NCBI RefSeq assembly: GCF_001194135.2
Contig: NC_069007.1
Coordinates: 22,069,924-22,133,923, forward strand
Length of the DNA: 64,000 bases
Reading direction: 5' to 3'
DNA from: Octopus bimaculoides
Lineage: Eukaryota
Below the pieces are notes generated by a model. That model was given only the letters and a program-made list of their open reading frames with translations. It searched no databases and had not been told where the DNA came from. Positions 12,959 through 25,256 of this stretch are shown here, in pieces (the stretch's first letter is position 1; each line of letters starts with the position of its first letter). Both the position numbers and the translations under genes were made by a program.

Positions 12959-15117
12959 TTATTATTATTATTATTATCATCATATCGGGTGGGTGAGTTG
13001 GCAGAATCTTTACCATGCTGGGTGAATTGCTTTGTGGCATTTCTTCTAGTTTTACATTCTGAGTTCAAATTCTGCTGAGGTCGACTTTGCCTTTCATCCT
13101 TTCGGAAATCGATAAATTAAGGACCAGTGAAACACTGGGGTCAATGTAATCAACCAGTCTCCTCCCTCAAAATCTCAGGCCTTCTGCTTTTAGTAGAAAG
13201 GATTGTTATTGTTATCATTAAGAATCGTTAGCACATCAGTGTTTCTTCTGGCCGTTTTTATGCTGCCAAGGTCAACTTGGCTTCTCTTTCTTTCAGGGTC
13301 AATAAAAATAAGTACGAATTGAATACTGGGGTCAATATGACAGGACAGAAATCATTGTCATCAGAGTTTCAAATTTTGGTCCAAGGCCAGAAATTTTAGT
13401 GCATGCCTGTCAGGGGTGCAGGGATCAAATCTTATCATAGACAATACATTATATATCCCTTGGGCAAATACTGTTTCTCTTGACAGTCAACACTAAATGT
13501 GTGTATAAGTTTACCTTCTGCTCGCCAATTAGTTTCAGAGTTCACTAATTTCAATACATTTGTATTCTATTTAGAAACATGAGTGCTGTTGTTTCTAGCA
13601 AACCTATTTACTCACTGCTATCCAAAACAGTTCAAATCTCTTCTCTCTGCAGAATGGTTGCACATGATGACATTAGTACTCGGGTTTCTCTCCCCACCCA
13701 TTGTTTTGCAAATCTATTTGAGTTTCTGAGCTTTTATTCACCCTTTGCCTCTCCAGAGCATTTTTACACTTGTCTCCAGACTTTTTGTTGGCCCTCATTT
13801 CATACATTCTGAGTAATAGAAATTTTTCCTTTGTTGAGTCCCAAGTTATTTGGTGGTTAAAAAAGTAATCAGGAATGCTTGCCATATATGATGCATGGAG
13901 GCCAAGGAAACATGTCCTGTGCATCACATGTGATGTGTATAGGACAAGGAAAGGGTTAAAAAATTTTGGCCAACACATACCACTGCCAGTTCCTCAGGCT
14001 TTTGTTTTTATTTGAAGTTTAGTAACACAACATATACATTATTGTTCTGACCCAAGTCAACTTCAGATCAAAAGGCATTTCCAAATTGACCATGCTGTCT
14101 TTTCAGTTTTTTGGAGATTTTATGTTTAAAATCACATTTTTCGAATATGTCCCTTTTTTTTTTAAGGATTTGGCTGATGTTTCTTGCAAGTCAAGTGACC
14201 AGATAGTAACTCCTTTGTAGCTCAACCATTTAGTAATGGTCATTAAGATTAGGGTCCTTATTATAGCCTACTGTAAATCATTGTGTGTGAGACTATGAGA
14301 ACAATACTATGAGTTAATACTGAAAGTGCCTTTGTCACAGCTAATATTCCTGATGTGTACCTGTGTTTGAGATTGTCACAGTTTATGCTCATATTGGGTC
14401 AGGTTGGGCATGGAGTTTCACAGGTAACAGAGGGCAGGGCTGTCGTTTTTAATTGTGTTTCAGAAAAAAACAGAAGACTATATATGTATATATATATGTA
14501 TATGTATATATATATAACACTGAATGTACTCTGTGTGTGTGTATATTCTCATTAATGTTGGACTGCAGTTATTCGTGTTTGTGTATTCATAACGAGAAGC
14601 AGAAGAACGTGCAAACATGCATTGATATATCATATATATATATATAAACGGTTTTCATTTTTTTCAAACTTTACAGACCTTCTTATGAGAAACACTGATG
14701 TATATGTATGTATGTATATATATATATATGTTTGTATGCATATGCACACATACAAAAATTGTGTGTGTGTGTGTGTATATTTAAATATAATATATATGTA
14801 TATATGTGTGTGTGTGTGTGTGTATGTGTATGTTGCTATTATTTCTGGTAGAATGGTTTGGGCAAAATGCTTAGGCAGCATTTGGTCCATCTTTACATTC
14901 TGAGTTCAAATTCTGCCAAGGCCAACTTGGTCTTTTTTTTTTTCCCCTTTTGAAGTCTATGTAATTGACTTACCGCATCCTCCATCACTGGGATCAGTGT
15001 AAATGACTGACCCCATCCCCCGAAATTTCTGGCGTTGTGTCAAAATTTGAAACCAATATTGTAACCATGTGTGTTTTTGTGTTCAGTATCTGAATGTGTC
15101 TTGTTGCTGTTTTCTTT

Positions 15118-15154
<37 letters not shown>

Positions 15155-18100
15155 CTCATGAACATCCCATGTAAAGAATTTGTTATTAAGATGGCGAAAT
15201 TATTAGCATGCTGGACAAAATGTTGGGTGCCATTTCTTCTGGCTCTTTATGTTCTGAATTCAGATACCGCCAAGGCCAACTTTACCTTTCATCCTTTTGG
15301 GTTCGATAAAATAAAGTACCAGTCACATACTGGGGTCGATGTAATCGACTACCCCACTTCCTCTGTTGCTGGCCTTGTGCCAACATGTGAAACCATTATT
15401 ATAAGACCAGTAGAGGGGGTAGGAATGATATAGGACAGACTAAATCCCTTTGGGTATTTCAGTTACGTTCCTTTCTGTTGTGAGTTCAAATCCTGCTGAG
15501 GTCAACTTTGCCTTTTTATTCTTTCTGGTATCAATCAAATAAATACCAGTCACGTATAGGGAGTCAGTTTAATTGATTGTTCCTCTCCCCACATTATTCC
15601 TTGTGCCTATGTAAAAAAAAAAAAGAAAAAGATTTAAATTCTTTTTATCATAAACTAAAGGAAGCGGTGGAGCGACAGAGCTGCTGGTGCCAAACACAAT
15701 GCTTTTATTTAGCTGTCTTCTTTTACTTTCTGATTTCAAATCCTGCTGGGTTCGACTTGGTTATTCATTGCTCCAGAGTTGATAAAATTAACCTTTAGCA
15801 TACTGAAGGCGAATCATGTCGATGTATGGTTCTCTCTCCTGTAGCTGCGTCACAACTGAAAGGGGAGAAAACTTGTACAGAAACCTGATGCATCTACATT
15901 GTGCTAAAGGTTAGAGACATGTCCCGTTATTACTGAGTTTAATCAATTGATAATACACTTTCTCCATATATCTGCGGCTTTGTGCCAGTGTTATGCAAAT
16001 GATTATTAAAATTATTATTATTATTACTATATCTATTAAAGGTGGTGGAGTGGCAGAAACAAGTGTATCAAACAAAATGCTTTGCTGGTTATCATTGCAT
16101 TCCTTTATATTCTAAGTTCAATTCCCACTGATGCCATTTTTCTTGTTTTTTTTATCCTTTCTTACTGGATTGATATAAATGTATCAAAAAGGAAGCTGCT
16201 GATTTTTTTGTTTCTTTTTTTGTTTTTTTAATGCTGCTATTGTTTTGTTTGAACACACTTCTGACCTCATCACTGCTCCGATATTAGGCTCGCTGTAATT
16301 TTTTTTCTTTTTTTTTTTGTTTGTTTTCCCCCTTGCCCCCTATTCTTCTTGCCCCCATCTTTCCCCTCTACTCTCTTTCTTCCTGCCCTACTTTCTACAA
16401 GTTTATGGAACAATTTGGTACTGATTTCTCTACCACTACCCCCCACTCCTGACAAGACCCTGATGATAATCTATAACAGATCAAATGAAGAGTCCAAAGA
16501 GAGAAAGAGAATAAAACTGTATCAAGGATTTAAATAATTAAAGCAAAAATGAATCTTTAAAAAAAAATACTGTATATTAAAATTTAAATAAAAAGTTTTC
16601 AAAAATAACAATTTGTTGATGGGCTTCTTTTGTTGTTGTTGTGTCTTTTATTTTTTATTTGTTTCAGTCACTAGACTGTGGCCATCCTGGGGTACTACTT
16701 TGAAGAATGTTAGTCAAATGGATCAACTCTAGTACATTTTTTAAAGCCTGGTACCTATTCTATCAGTCCTTTTTGCCTAACTGTTAAGTTATGGGGATGT
16801 AAACATACCAGCACTGGTTTTCTAGTGGTAATGAGGAACAGACGCAAAGACACACTTTTATGACGGGCTTCTTTCAGTTTCCGTCTACCAAATCCATTCA
16901 CAAGACTTTGGTTGGCTTAAGGTGGGACTAAACCTGGAACCTTGTGGATGGGAAGCAAACTTCTTACCACTGAGCCATGACTGCACCTATAACAAAATTA
17001 CTTTATTAAAATCTTCATTGTTTTAAAAATTAATTGAAATAAAAGTAATGGATGTGGACAGCTGTGTGAAGAAGTGCCAATCTCTACCAGTGGAAGGAAG
17101 CAGTGGAAATGGGAGACCCAGGAAGACATGGGATGAGGTGGTGAAGCATGATCTTTGAATGCTGGGCTTCATGGAGGCAATGACTGGTAACCAAGGTATT
17201 TGGCAATATGCCGTGGTTGTGCAGACCCCTCAACCAAAGTGAAATCATAGTTGTGGCCGTTGTTGGTGTCATGTAACAGGCACCTGTACCAGTGGCATGC
17301 AAAAAGCACCTGGGGGGTATCAAGGCGTTTGATAGACCCCAACAAAAGCCCAGAAATTAAATGCATCTATCTCGGCCATGATTGTGGCCTGTTGACCTGT
17401 GCCTAACGGTCACAATTGTGGCCTGTTGCACTCCATCGGTTATGAGGACAAGGGTTCCAGTTCATCGGATCAACAGAACCATTTGCTCGTGAAATTAATG
17501 TGCAAGTGGCTGAGCACTCCACAGACACTCATACTCTTAAAGTAGTTCTCAGAAAGATTCAGCACAATTCAGAAAGTGACAAGGCTGGCCCCTTGAATTA
17601 TGGGTACGACTCCTTTTTGCCAGTTGAGTGGACTGGATCAATGTGAGATACCTGGCATGACACTGAATGTTCCGCTTGATCGGGTCAATGGAACAACCTG
17701 CTCATGAAATTCCTTTGCCCCCTAACCCCAACCCTCCACTTGTTGGCCATACAAAAGAATTTTCGGAATGCAGTTGTTTCTCATCAAAGCACCATCTCCT
17801 ACCCACCCGCACTGAATTCTCATCAGTGTGCTTTGGATGCTGGAGATATCACATTTTTCTAAGATTATGGCATTGGATATACACCCTGTTGAATAACGTC
17901 ACACCAAAGACCCTTCAAATTGGTAAAATGGCTTAAGTTTAGTTAAACAGATTAAGGGGTGATCAAGAGAATGACAGACACAAAAAAATTTTCATAAAAT
18001 AAAATTTCCCTCTTAACATTGAGAAATATCTTCTCAACTTTCAAAAAGAGAGGCTTGGCTGTTGTATCTAACATGTCAAGCGACCACATAGAGGCTCCCT

Positions 18101-18158
18101 TATTGGCTTATGCTGGTCGTGACAGTTACTATTTAACCCCAGGCTCATCTGTTTATTT

Positions 18159-18194
<36 letters not shown>

Positions 18195-18997
18195 ATTTGT
18201 CTGTCAATCTATCTATTTAGCTTTCTGTGTTTATCTGAACGCCTGTCTAATAGCCCATCTCTATTTATCTCTCTCACTTTCTTCTATCTATCTGTCTCTC
18301 TGTGCTTCTCTCTCTCTCTTTCTCCCTCTCTCCCTTTTCTATGCGTCTGTTTACCTAGATACCTATCTATATATTTCCAATCGATCACATATTTATCAAT
18401 ATTTACTCCCCCACCTCCTGTCTCCATTCACATTTACACGTGGCCAGCAGATGTGTCAGCCGTTCACACGGAGATTACTTCTCTCTACTACTACTACTAC
18501 TACTACCTCATCATCATCAATGTCATCATCATCTATAGCTACGATATCGAGTTAACAAGGAAGCCTTTACGAGGTCACTCGAGTAGCTAGAAATAGCTGC
18601 TTACTCTCCCTCAAATCATCCACGCCCACTTTCTCTGAGGGGAAAATGACACATTAAGTAATGCAAGTCCTGCTTTCACTACATATCGGGGGGGGGAGGT
18701 AAATGTGGGGTGTCCACGGTTGGAATGTCTTTGATCATAGGTCTGTTCGATCAGGGCTGACCTAGGGCTGAACACCACCACTAACAACAACAATATCAAG
18801 TATGATGACATCTGGCACTATCAGTTTCTTGCTTCTGTCGCTTCGACTACATTTCGCTGTAGCAGTCGAAACAGCTTGTTTCAGCAATCACCACAACAAC
18901 GCCAACGCCGTTCACCTCCGACTGAACTTCGGTTAATTCCGTTTATTGCATGCACTCAATATCAGAGCCAGTTACCCAGCCGGCACAACCGACGCAT
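12775..18997 (-). CDS. Candidate unrecognised multi-exon gene divergent from DPY19 (partial, 81 codons reconstructed, 3' end unresolved)
   Basis: Minus-strand exons 18976-18997, 15804-15855, 13742-13808, 13515-13566 and 12775-12824 have GT-AG ends and chain in phase (1,2,0,1,0) without a stop: MRRLCRLVVTQLQEREPYIDMIRLQMYEMRANKKSGDKCKNALERQRNTNVLKLVNSETNWRAEEVLDIDTKMARYLKSKE. No homologue recognised. Confidence 0.45.
14850..15800 (+). mobile_element. Second cluster of family C SINE copies
   Basis: Repeated ttctgagttcaaat…aggtcaactttgcc…aaataagtaccagtc units near 14850-15060, 15190-15400, 15460-15610 and 15660-15790. Confidence 0.7.
16660..16850 (+). mobile_element. SINE-like family B (copies also near 880-1020, 22580-22730, 23360-23560, 25430-25615 -, 32030-32240 -, 51110-51300 -, 59270-59485 -)
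   Basis: Shared tttcagtcattagactgtggccatgctggggcacc…ttgaagg…ctaagttatggggatgtaaacacacc sequence, often ending in a (CA)n tract. Confidence 0.75.
17050..17230 (+). mobile_element. RTE-type LINE 3' remnant (degenerate)
   Basis: Translates to SCVKKCQSLPVEGSSGNGRPRKTWDEVVKHDL*…, the same C-terminal motif as 56150-56386, with an in-frame stop. Confidence 0.75.
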
Positions 18998-20218
18998 AGC
19001 AGCCGAATCTTGTTTGCTGTGCGGTTGCTTACTTATTGAAGGACTCCCCTAATTACCATCACAATCAAAACAAAATAAATCAGACAGTTAAATATTGTAT
19101 ATTAGTTATTAGTGATTAGCTTCAGTGACTATAATTTATCACAAAGGGCAAAGCATGTTTGGAGCTTTGTCAACACACGACACTTCGCAGCAACCGATTT
19201 TGCTATGTCTAAGCGCAATCACAAGGGAAAAAAAACTCTCCACAGAGTGCCTTCCTCTGCTAGAAGTCGCAGTTAAATCTTCCTCGAATCCTATACTACC
19301 GTCTTATAAAAATGGAAAGAACACTTGATAACGTAGACCGCTCTAGATAGTTCTTTAACATCATGTTACTCTGTCAAATACAAATGCTTGTGTATTCACG
19401 TTGTTTTGAATTTGATCGTGGCTTATTCCGCAGGTTTCAGACTTCGATGAGGGGATTGTTTGTGTTTAACATGTCATTATAGGATGGGTGTAAGAGATCG
19501 GGTTTCTCTGGTTTGAACATAAATCAGACTTAACTATTTGAGGTGCAGAAATAGCGAGCTTGTGGGTGTCTTAAGGTGGAATACCTCTCATAATAATAAT
19601 AATAATACTGAAATTATTGCGTATAGTGCTCAGGTGCACTACAACTCATCAAAGGTGCATGTCTGTTCGATCGAGACTGAAATTATGGCTACGCTCCAAA
19701 GCTTTCACATAATATTTACTTGTCTCTGTACCTTGTCCCGATGCCTATACGATTGCGGAACTCGGAGCCAGTTGCAATCCCCCCCCCCACTTCGTACACA
19801 CACTCAACACAGTAGCCGATGACACGATATAGCTTATTTTCTCCATAACCACTGCTGCTGTTCTTGCTTTCGTATTCTCTCCATCCTCTCAAAATAATCT
19901 CATTCAGAGCCAGTGCCACCACAGTAGCCGGCGCGTTTGCTCCCGCCTTCACTCACTCACTCCATCACTTTCTCTTTTCTCTTTTCCCTCCCTCCATTTT
20001 TCTCTTATCTCCTTCTTTCTCCTCCCCTTCATCTTATCTCCCTCACTCTTTCTTTCTCTTCTCTCTCATTATCTCCCTCTCATTCGTTCTCTCGCTCTTT
20101 CTCTATCTCCCTCCGTCTTTCTTTCTCCCTTTCTCTCTCATTATCTCCCTCTCACTCGTTCTCTCACTCTCTCTCTATATCACTCAATCTTTCTCTCTGT
20201 CTGTTTGCCTGTTGCAAC
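18900..20218. promoter_or_regulatory. CpG-retaining 5' region upstream of DPY19, candidate bidirectional promoter, with a long CT-rich tract before the ATG
   Basis: Visibly higher CpG content at 18900-19030 and 19740-19950 than in the flanking introns; lies between the DPY19 ATG (20219, +) and the candidate minus-strand ATG (18997). No TSS evidence is available. Confidence 0.45.
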
Positions 20219-21735
20219 ATGGCGGCCAAGAAACGCAAGGGTTTCGCCGCTTCTGACCAAAACCACAAATCGTCGCGGCTGGAATCAAAGAAAGTCCGAA
20301 AATCTTCGACTGCCAACGACCTGGTTTATTACATAGCTGTTTTCATAATCGGTGAGCTTGGATTTACGCCTGTAATTTCATAAACCTTTTAGTTTTTTGC
20401 ATGCATGTTCAGACACCTTGCATCGCTGGGGAAACTACGTGATCGTTCAACACGCTAGAAATAGCAGCCAACTCTTCCGTCTTCAAAAATGCTAAGATGC
20501 AATGGAGAGCGTAGTCCTAAATAAATAACATGGGTTGATATCACTGCTGAAATAGCTTTGGTTATTAGTCTGTTCGATTCTGGCTGACGTGGGGTTAAAC
20601 AAGAACATCACACACGTGTGTGTGTGTGTTTGTGTGTTTCATGATAGATCTCGCCGATGCTCTGAGATGCATCATCGATGATGTTTCTTGGGGTTCTGGT
20701 GATGTTTCGAATCCTTGATCAGCAGACTCCTTGCACTGTTGACCCAGCCGGGGTTAATTTAGTCCCAACTTGCACCCGAGCTGCAAACAAACCACGGGCA
20801 TCTACCATCTTTCAATGTGTGTGTGTGCACGTATGTATGTACATGTGTGTGTATACACGCACACATGGTTTGGAGTCTGAAACATGATTTTATGAGAGAA
20901 GGGAAATAATGGGGACAGACTGTTCAGATTTTTAATATAATTAATTCTTTAAATAATTACTCCATCCATCTCTCTCTCTCCCTCTCTCTCTTCGTGTCTC
21001 CGAATTCGATAAACTACGGTTTCAAGTTTGTTACTAAACTGTTCTGGGTTCAAATCGTCATGCCGTCGTTGCATTTTTGTCTATTATCCTCAGGGAGCAG
21101 CCATCGTCTATTTTTATCCAAAAGTTTTTTTTTAACCCAATATTTGCACACAATTTTTTCTTTATAGCGTTGCCTGCTTAGAAACTGACCCCACCCCCCA
21201 AAAAAAAGAATTATATAAGCACCAGCCTCTATCAATTAAATCCTGCCACCCTTTTTCTTCAGGATTAACTTTATACAGAAGATAAAGAATCTCTTCTGTC
21301 AAACAGTTTCATTTTCTTTGCTTTGTTTTTTTTTTTTTGGTATTCGACAAATCACCACCACCACCATCACCACCAAAATAACTCATTTTTTTCTTTTTCT
21401 TTTCAATCTACAAATTTACTGCTTCTTATGCCTCATCCATTATTAAGAAATTCTTGTGTCTGCGACATTCTTCTCAAGTGCATGACAAGAGGATTAACTG
21501 CTTGTTTTCCTCCTTATCAAATTATTTTAAATTATTATAATCCTGGTNNNNNNNNNNNNNNNNNNNNNNNNNNNNNNNNNNNNNNNNNNNNNNNNNNNNN
21601 NNNNNNNNNNNNNNNNNNNNNNNNNNNNNNNNNNNNNNNNATAAACATGAAATGCATCCACTATCTTTAAGAATTCAATTAATAACACTGTAATACATTA
21701 TTACAGTGCTAAAAATTAAATTCTATGGAATATAC

Positions 21736-21781
<46 letters not shown>

Positions 21782-22231
21782 ATGTATGCATGTATCAAGT
21801 AGTATGTATGCATGTATCAAGTAGTGGTTGTATCAAGTAGTGGTTATCGCAGGGTGCTTACTCTCGCATAAATATAAACATACAAACTTGAGACTGTTTC
21901 TACCAAGATATGATGCGACTTCCACTCGATTTGATCTTTATTCCTGAAAGTGTATGTGTGTATTTTGAGATGTTTTGGGATTTGAAAACAAATTGTGACG
22001 AGATTTATATCTGGATACTGAAAGAACAGAGCTATATTCTGAAAATCTGCTATCTTTAGTGGGTGTGCAGATAGCACCCAACTAACTCACCCAGAATATA
22101 CGCCATATCTGTCTGTCTATCCGTCTATCTATCTATCCATCCATCCATCCACCCATACATATAACTATCTTTCTGTTTGTATACCTACCTGTCTATGTAT
22201 ATATCTATCAATCTATCCATCTATCAGTCTA

Positions 22232-22277
<46 letters not shown>

Positions 22278-25225
22278 TAGAGAGAGAGAGAGCGAGAGAT
22301 CTGTCTATCTGTCTACCTATCTGTCTTTCTATCTATGTGGGTGGCTCTGGTGATCCATTTCTGCCACTCTGAATTTCTTGCTTCCTGACTAAAAAATGAA
22401 CACACGTACACACACACACACATACACATGCATATAGAGTACATGTGTACGTGCACAATCCCAGTTGCCATTGATATTGGGAAAGACATCCGACTTCTCA
22501 AATATCCAGCTTTCTTCAAGTCTTTGGAAATGGCCTTGCTGATATTGTCTTGTCATGATAATCTTTTACTCTTTTACTGGTTGCAGTCATTTGATTGCAG
22601 CCATGCTGGAGCACCACCTTGAAGGGTTTTAGTCTAACAATTCAACCCCAGGACTTATTTCTTAAGCCTAGTACTTTTCTGTCAATCTCTTTTGCTGAAC
22701 TGCTAAATTATGGCTACATAACCACACCTACACCATTTTATGTTCAAACAGGCCAAATCTGACCTCTCATGCCTAACCTACAATGTCATTCCAAAAATAA
22801 GCTATCACATCATTGAAAACTCAAAGCTGCAAGATGATGCATGGTTAATACAAAGCATTGGACAGAGTAATCTGAGTGTTAAAGGATTAACTCTCAGTTG
22901 AACCTAATCCAATAGAGGTGAGATCAAAGACAGCCTGAATGAGATTACAGGTACAACACCAACTTTCCAGATACTGATGGTCTGCAACAGTGGCTCCTGG
23001 CTGCTGCCACCTTGGCACCCAGGACGCATTTCTAATGTCTCCCCCCCATACACACACACACACCACCACAATCATGGACCACTTTCTGCAGCAAATTCAA
23101 ACCAACTGTTTTTCACAAACAAAACTTAACCCAACAAACCCACAATTTTATTCTTTTTACATCCATCACCTGCTTTTGCCCACCCCATTATCACCCCCAC
23201 TTTTCTTCAATACAGCCCCCTGGATCTTTCCACTGCCCACTTTGAGAACTACGAATCTAGAAGAGGGAATTTTCAACCATTTTGTGCTTAGGGATCCCCT
23301 TGATTCCTATTTTGGTCTACTGAACTTCTGTAGCCATTCAATGTATATTTTATGTTTTACCTTTTCAGTCATTAGACTGTGGCCATGCTGTGGCACCACC
23401 TTGAAGGGTTTTTGTTGAACAAATCAACCCCCAGGACTTTTTTAAAAAAAACTTGGTACTTATCCTATTGGTCTCTTTGGCTGAACTGCTAAGTTATGGG
23501 GATGTAAACACACCAACACCAGTTGTCAAGTGGTGGTTGGGGGACAAACACAGACACGAAGACACACACACAGATATACACCTGCTTGTTGTTCCCTCAC
23601 CTGTCTTCATCGTTTGTTTTCTGTAAATTTGAACTATATATATATATATACACATATACAACAGGCTTCTTTCAGTTTCCATCGTCCAAGTCCAGGCTTT
23701 AGTCAGCCTGAGGCTAGTAGACGACATTTGTCCAAGATGCCACACAGTAGGACTGAACCTGGAATTATGTGGTTGGGAAGCAAGCTTCTTACCACACAGC
23801 CACGCCTGCACCTAGACAAAAATAATCCCAATTAAATATTTATTAAAATTGAAATATTTTGTGTATTGTAGAAGTATAACTAGTTTTAACAAGAAAATCT
23901 TATTTGGACCCCCAGTTGAGAAACACTGGTCTCTTATAATTTGTTATAATCCACACTAATTTACTGATGACTTCAAAATCTTGAAGTTGCCAGACAAGTT
24001 TACTGGTGCCTTGCACAGCTGTGACCTACCTATCTTTTTCCAATGTACACAAAACCCAGTATCACATTAGTCAAGGTGTCCTTTTCTTGTGTTACCCACC
24101 CTCTCTACAATGACTTGCTCAAGGTGAAGGTTGTTGTGAATAGGTCTACCTGGGATTACGTAGGACTGCACCTTTCCTCCTTATTAGCTGTAGTCGTGGC
24201 CAATGTCGGTGTCAAGTCAATGGCACCCATGCCAGTGGCACGTAAAAAACACCCACTACATTCTCGGAGTGACTGGCATTAGGAAGGGCATCTAGCCATA
24301 GAAACCTTGCCAAATGAGATCGGAACCTGGTGCAGCCCCCTAGCTTACCAGGTTTCAGTCAAACTGTTCAACCCATGATGATGATGAACGAGGTAGGTAA
24401 ATCATTGAGATGTCATCATCATATTTACGCTAGAGTCTGAGTTTGAAATGATGTACGACTGATGAGTTACGCTTTCAGCTGAAGGAGACAAGTGAGAGTA
24501 TTTATTGCAGGTGAAAATACCACATACCTCCATTGATTTTTTTTTTTTTTACCTTTTACTTGTTTCAGTCATTAGACTGTGGCCATACTGGGGCACCACC
24601 TTCAAGAGTCTTAGTTTTAAATTAAGAGAAGAAAACACTGCTTGACAACCAGTGTTGGTGTGTTCATCTGCCTGTAACTTAGCAGTTCAGCAAAAAAGAC
24701 TGATAGAAAATATACCAAGCTTTATAAACAAAAAATATGCTGGGGCTGATTTGTTCAACTAAAATTCTTCAAGGCAGTGCCCCAGTATGACCACACTCTA
24801 ATGACTGAAACAACTGAAAGACAGTAAGGGTGTGATTTCAGAGAAAATTGGCTGCTACTTCTAGCAGAATGAGCAGCCATATAGAGGTTCCTGCATTGGT
24901 ATATATCTTGCATGTTCTTCGAGGGGAGACCACCACAGGATTTCAAACCCTTTCCCTACCAACAAGAACCTGCCACGTACATCTTGCCACCTCCCACCAT
25001 CCCCATGTCTACAAGCTCACCACCACCACCACCATCTGCCTTCTTGCCTCTACCATCCCTGCTGATTTATCATCACCAACTTCCTCCGCCACATCATCCC
25101 AACACCACCACCAGCATCACCATCACTACCACTACTACATACCACCTTACTACCACCATCCTTACAAACTTGCTACCAGCAACATGCAAGATTTCATGTG
25201 GTATATGTATGTGTGTGTGTGTATG

Positions 25226-25256
<31 letters not shown>

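Noticed and set aside
13616-13646. Extra 31-nt minus-strand exon (EKRFELFWIA) that would create a cathepsin ERFNIN-like motif
   Set aside because: It needs a 49-nt intron and a GC or weak donor; the direct 13742 to 13566 splice is in phase and simpler.
18829-18890. Hairpin cluster TTCGACT…AGTCGAAACAGCTTGTTTC upstream of DPY19
   Set aside because: It resembles a hammerhead 3' half, but the CUGANGA core is absent (CTGTCGC) and helix I is out of register.
19716-19952. 78-aa minus-strand ORF in the promoter region
   Set aside because: No homology or splice continuity into the candidate gene; may be non-coding 5' sequence.
23966-24000. CTGATGA followed by a perfect CTTCAA/TTGAAG stem (hammerhead-like)
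   Set aside because: No GAAA, helix III or cleavage triplet follows.
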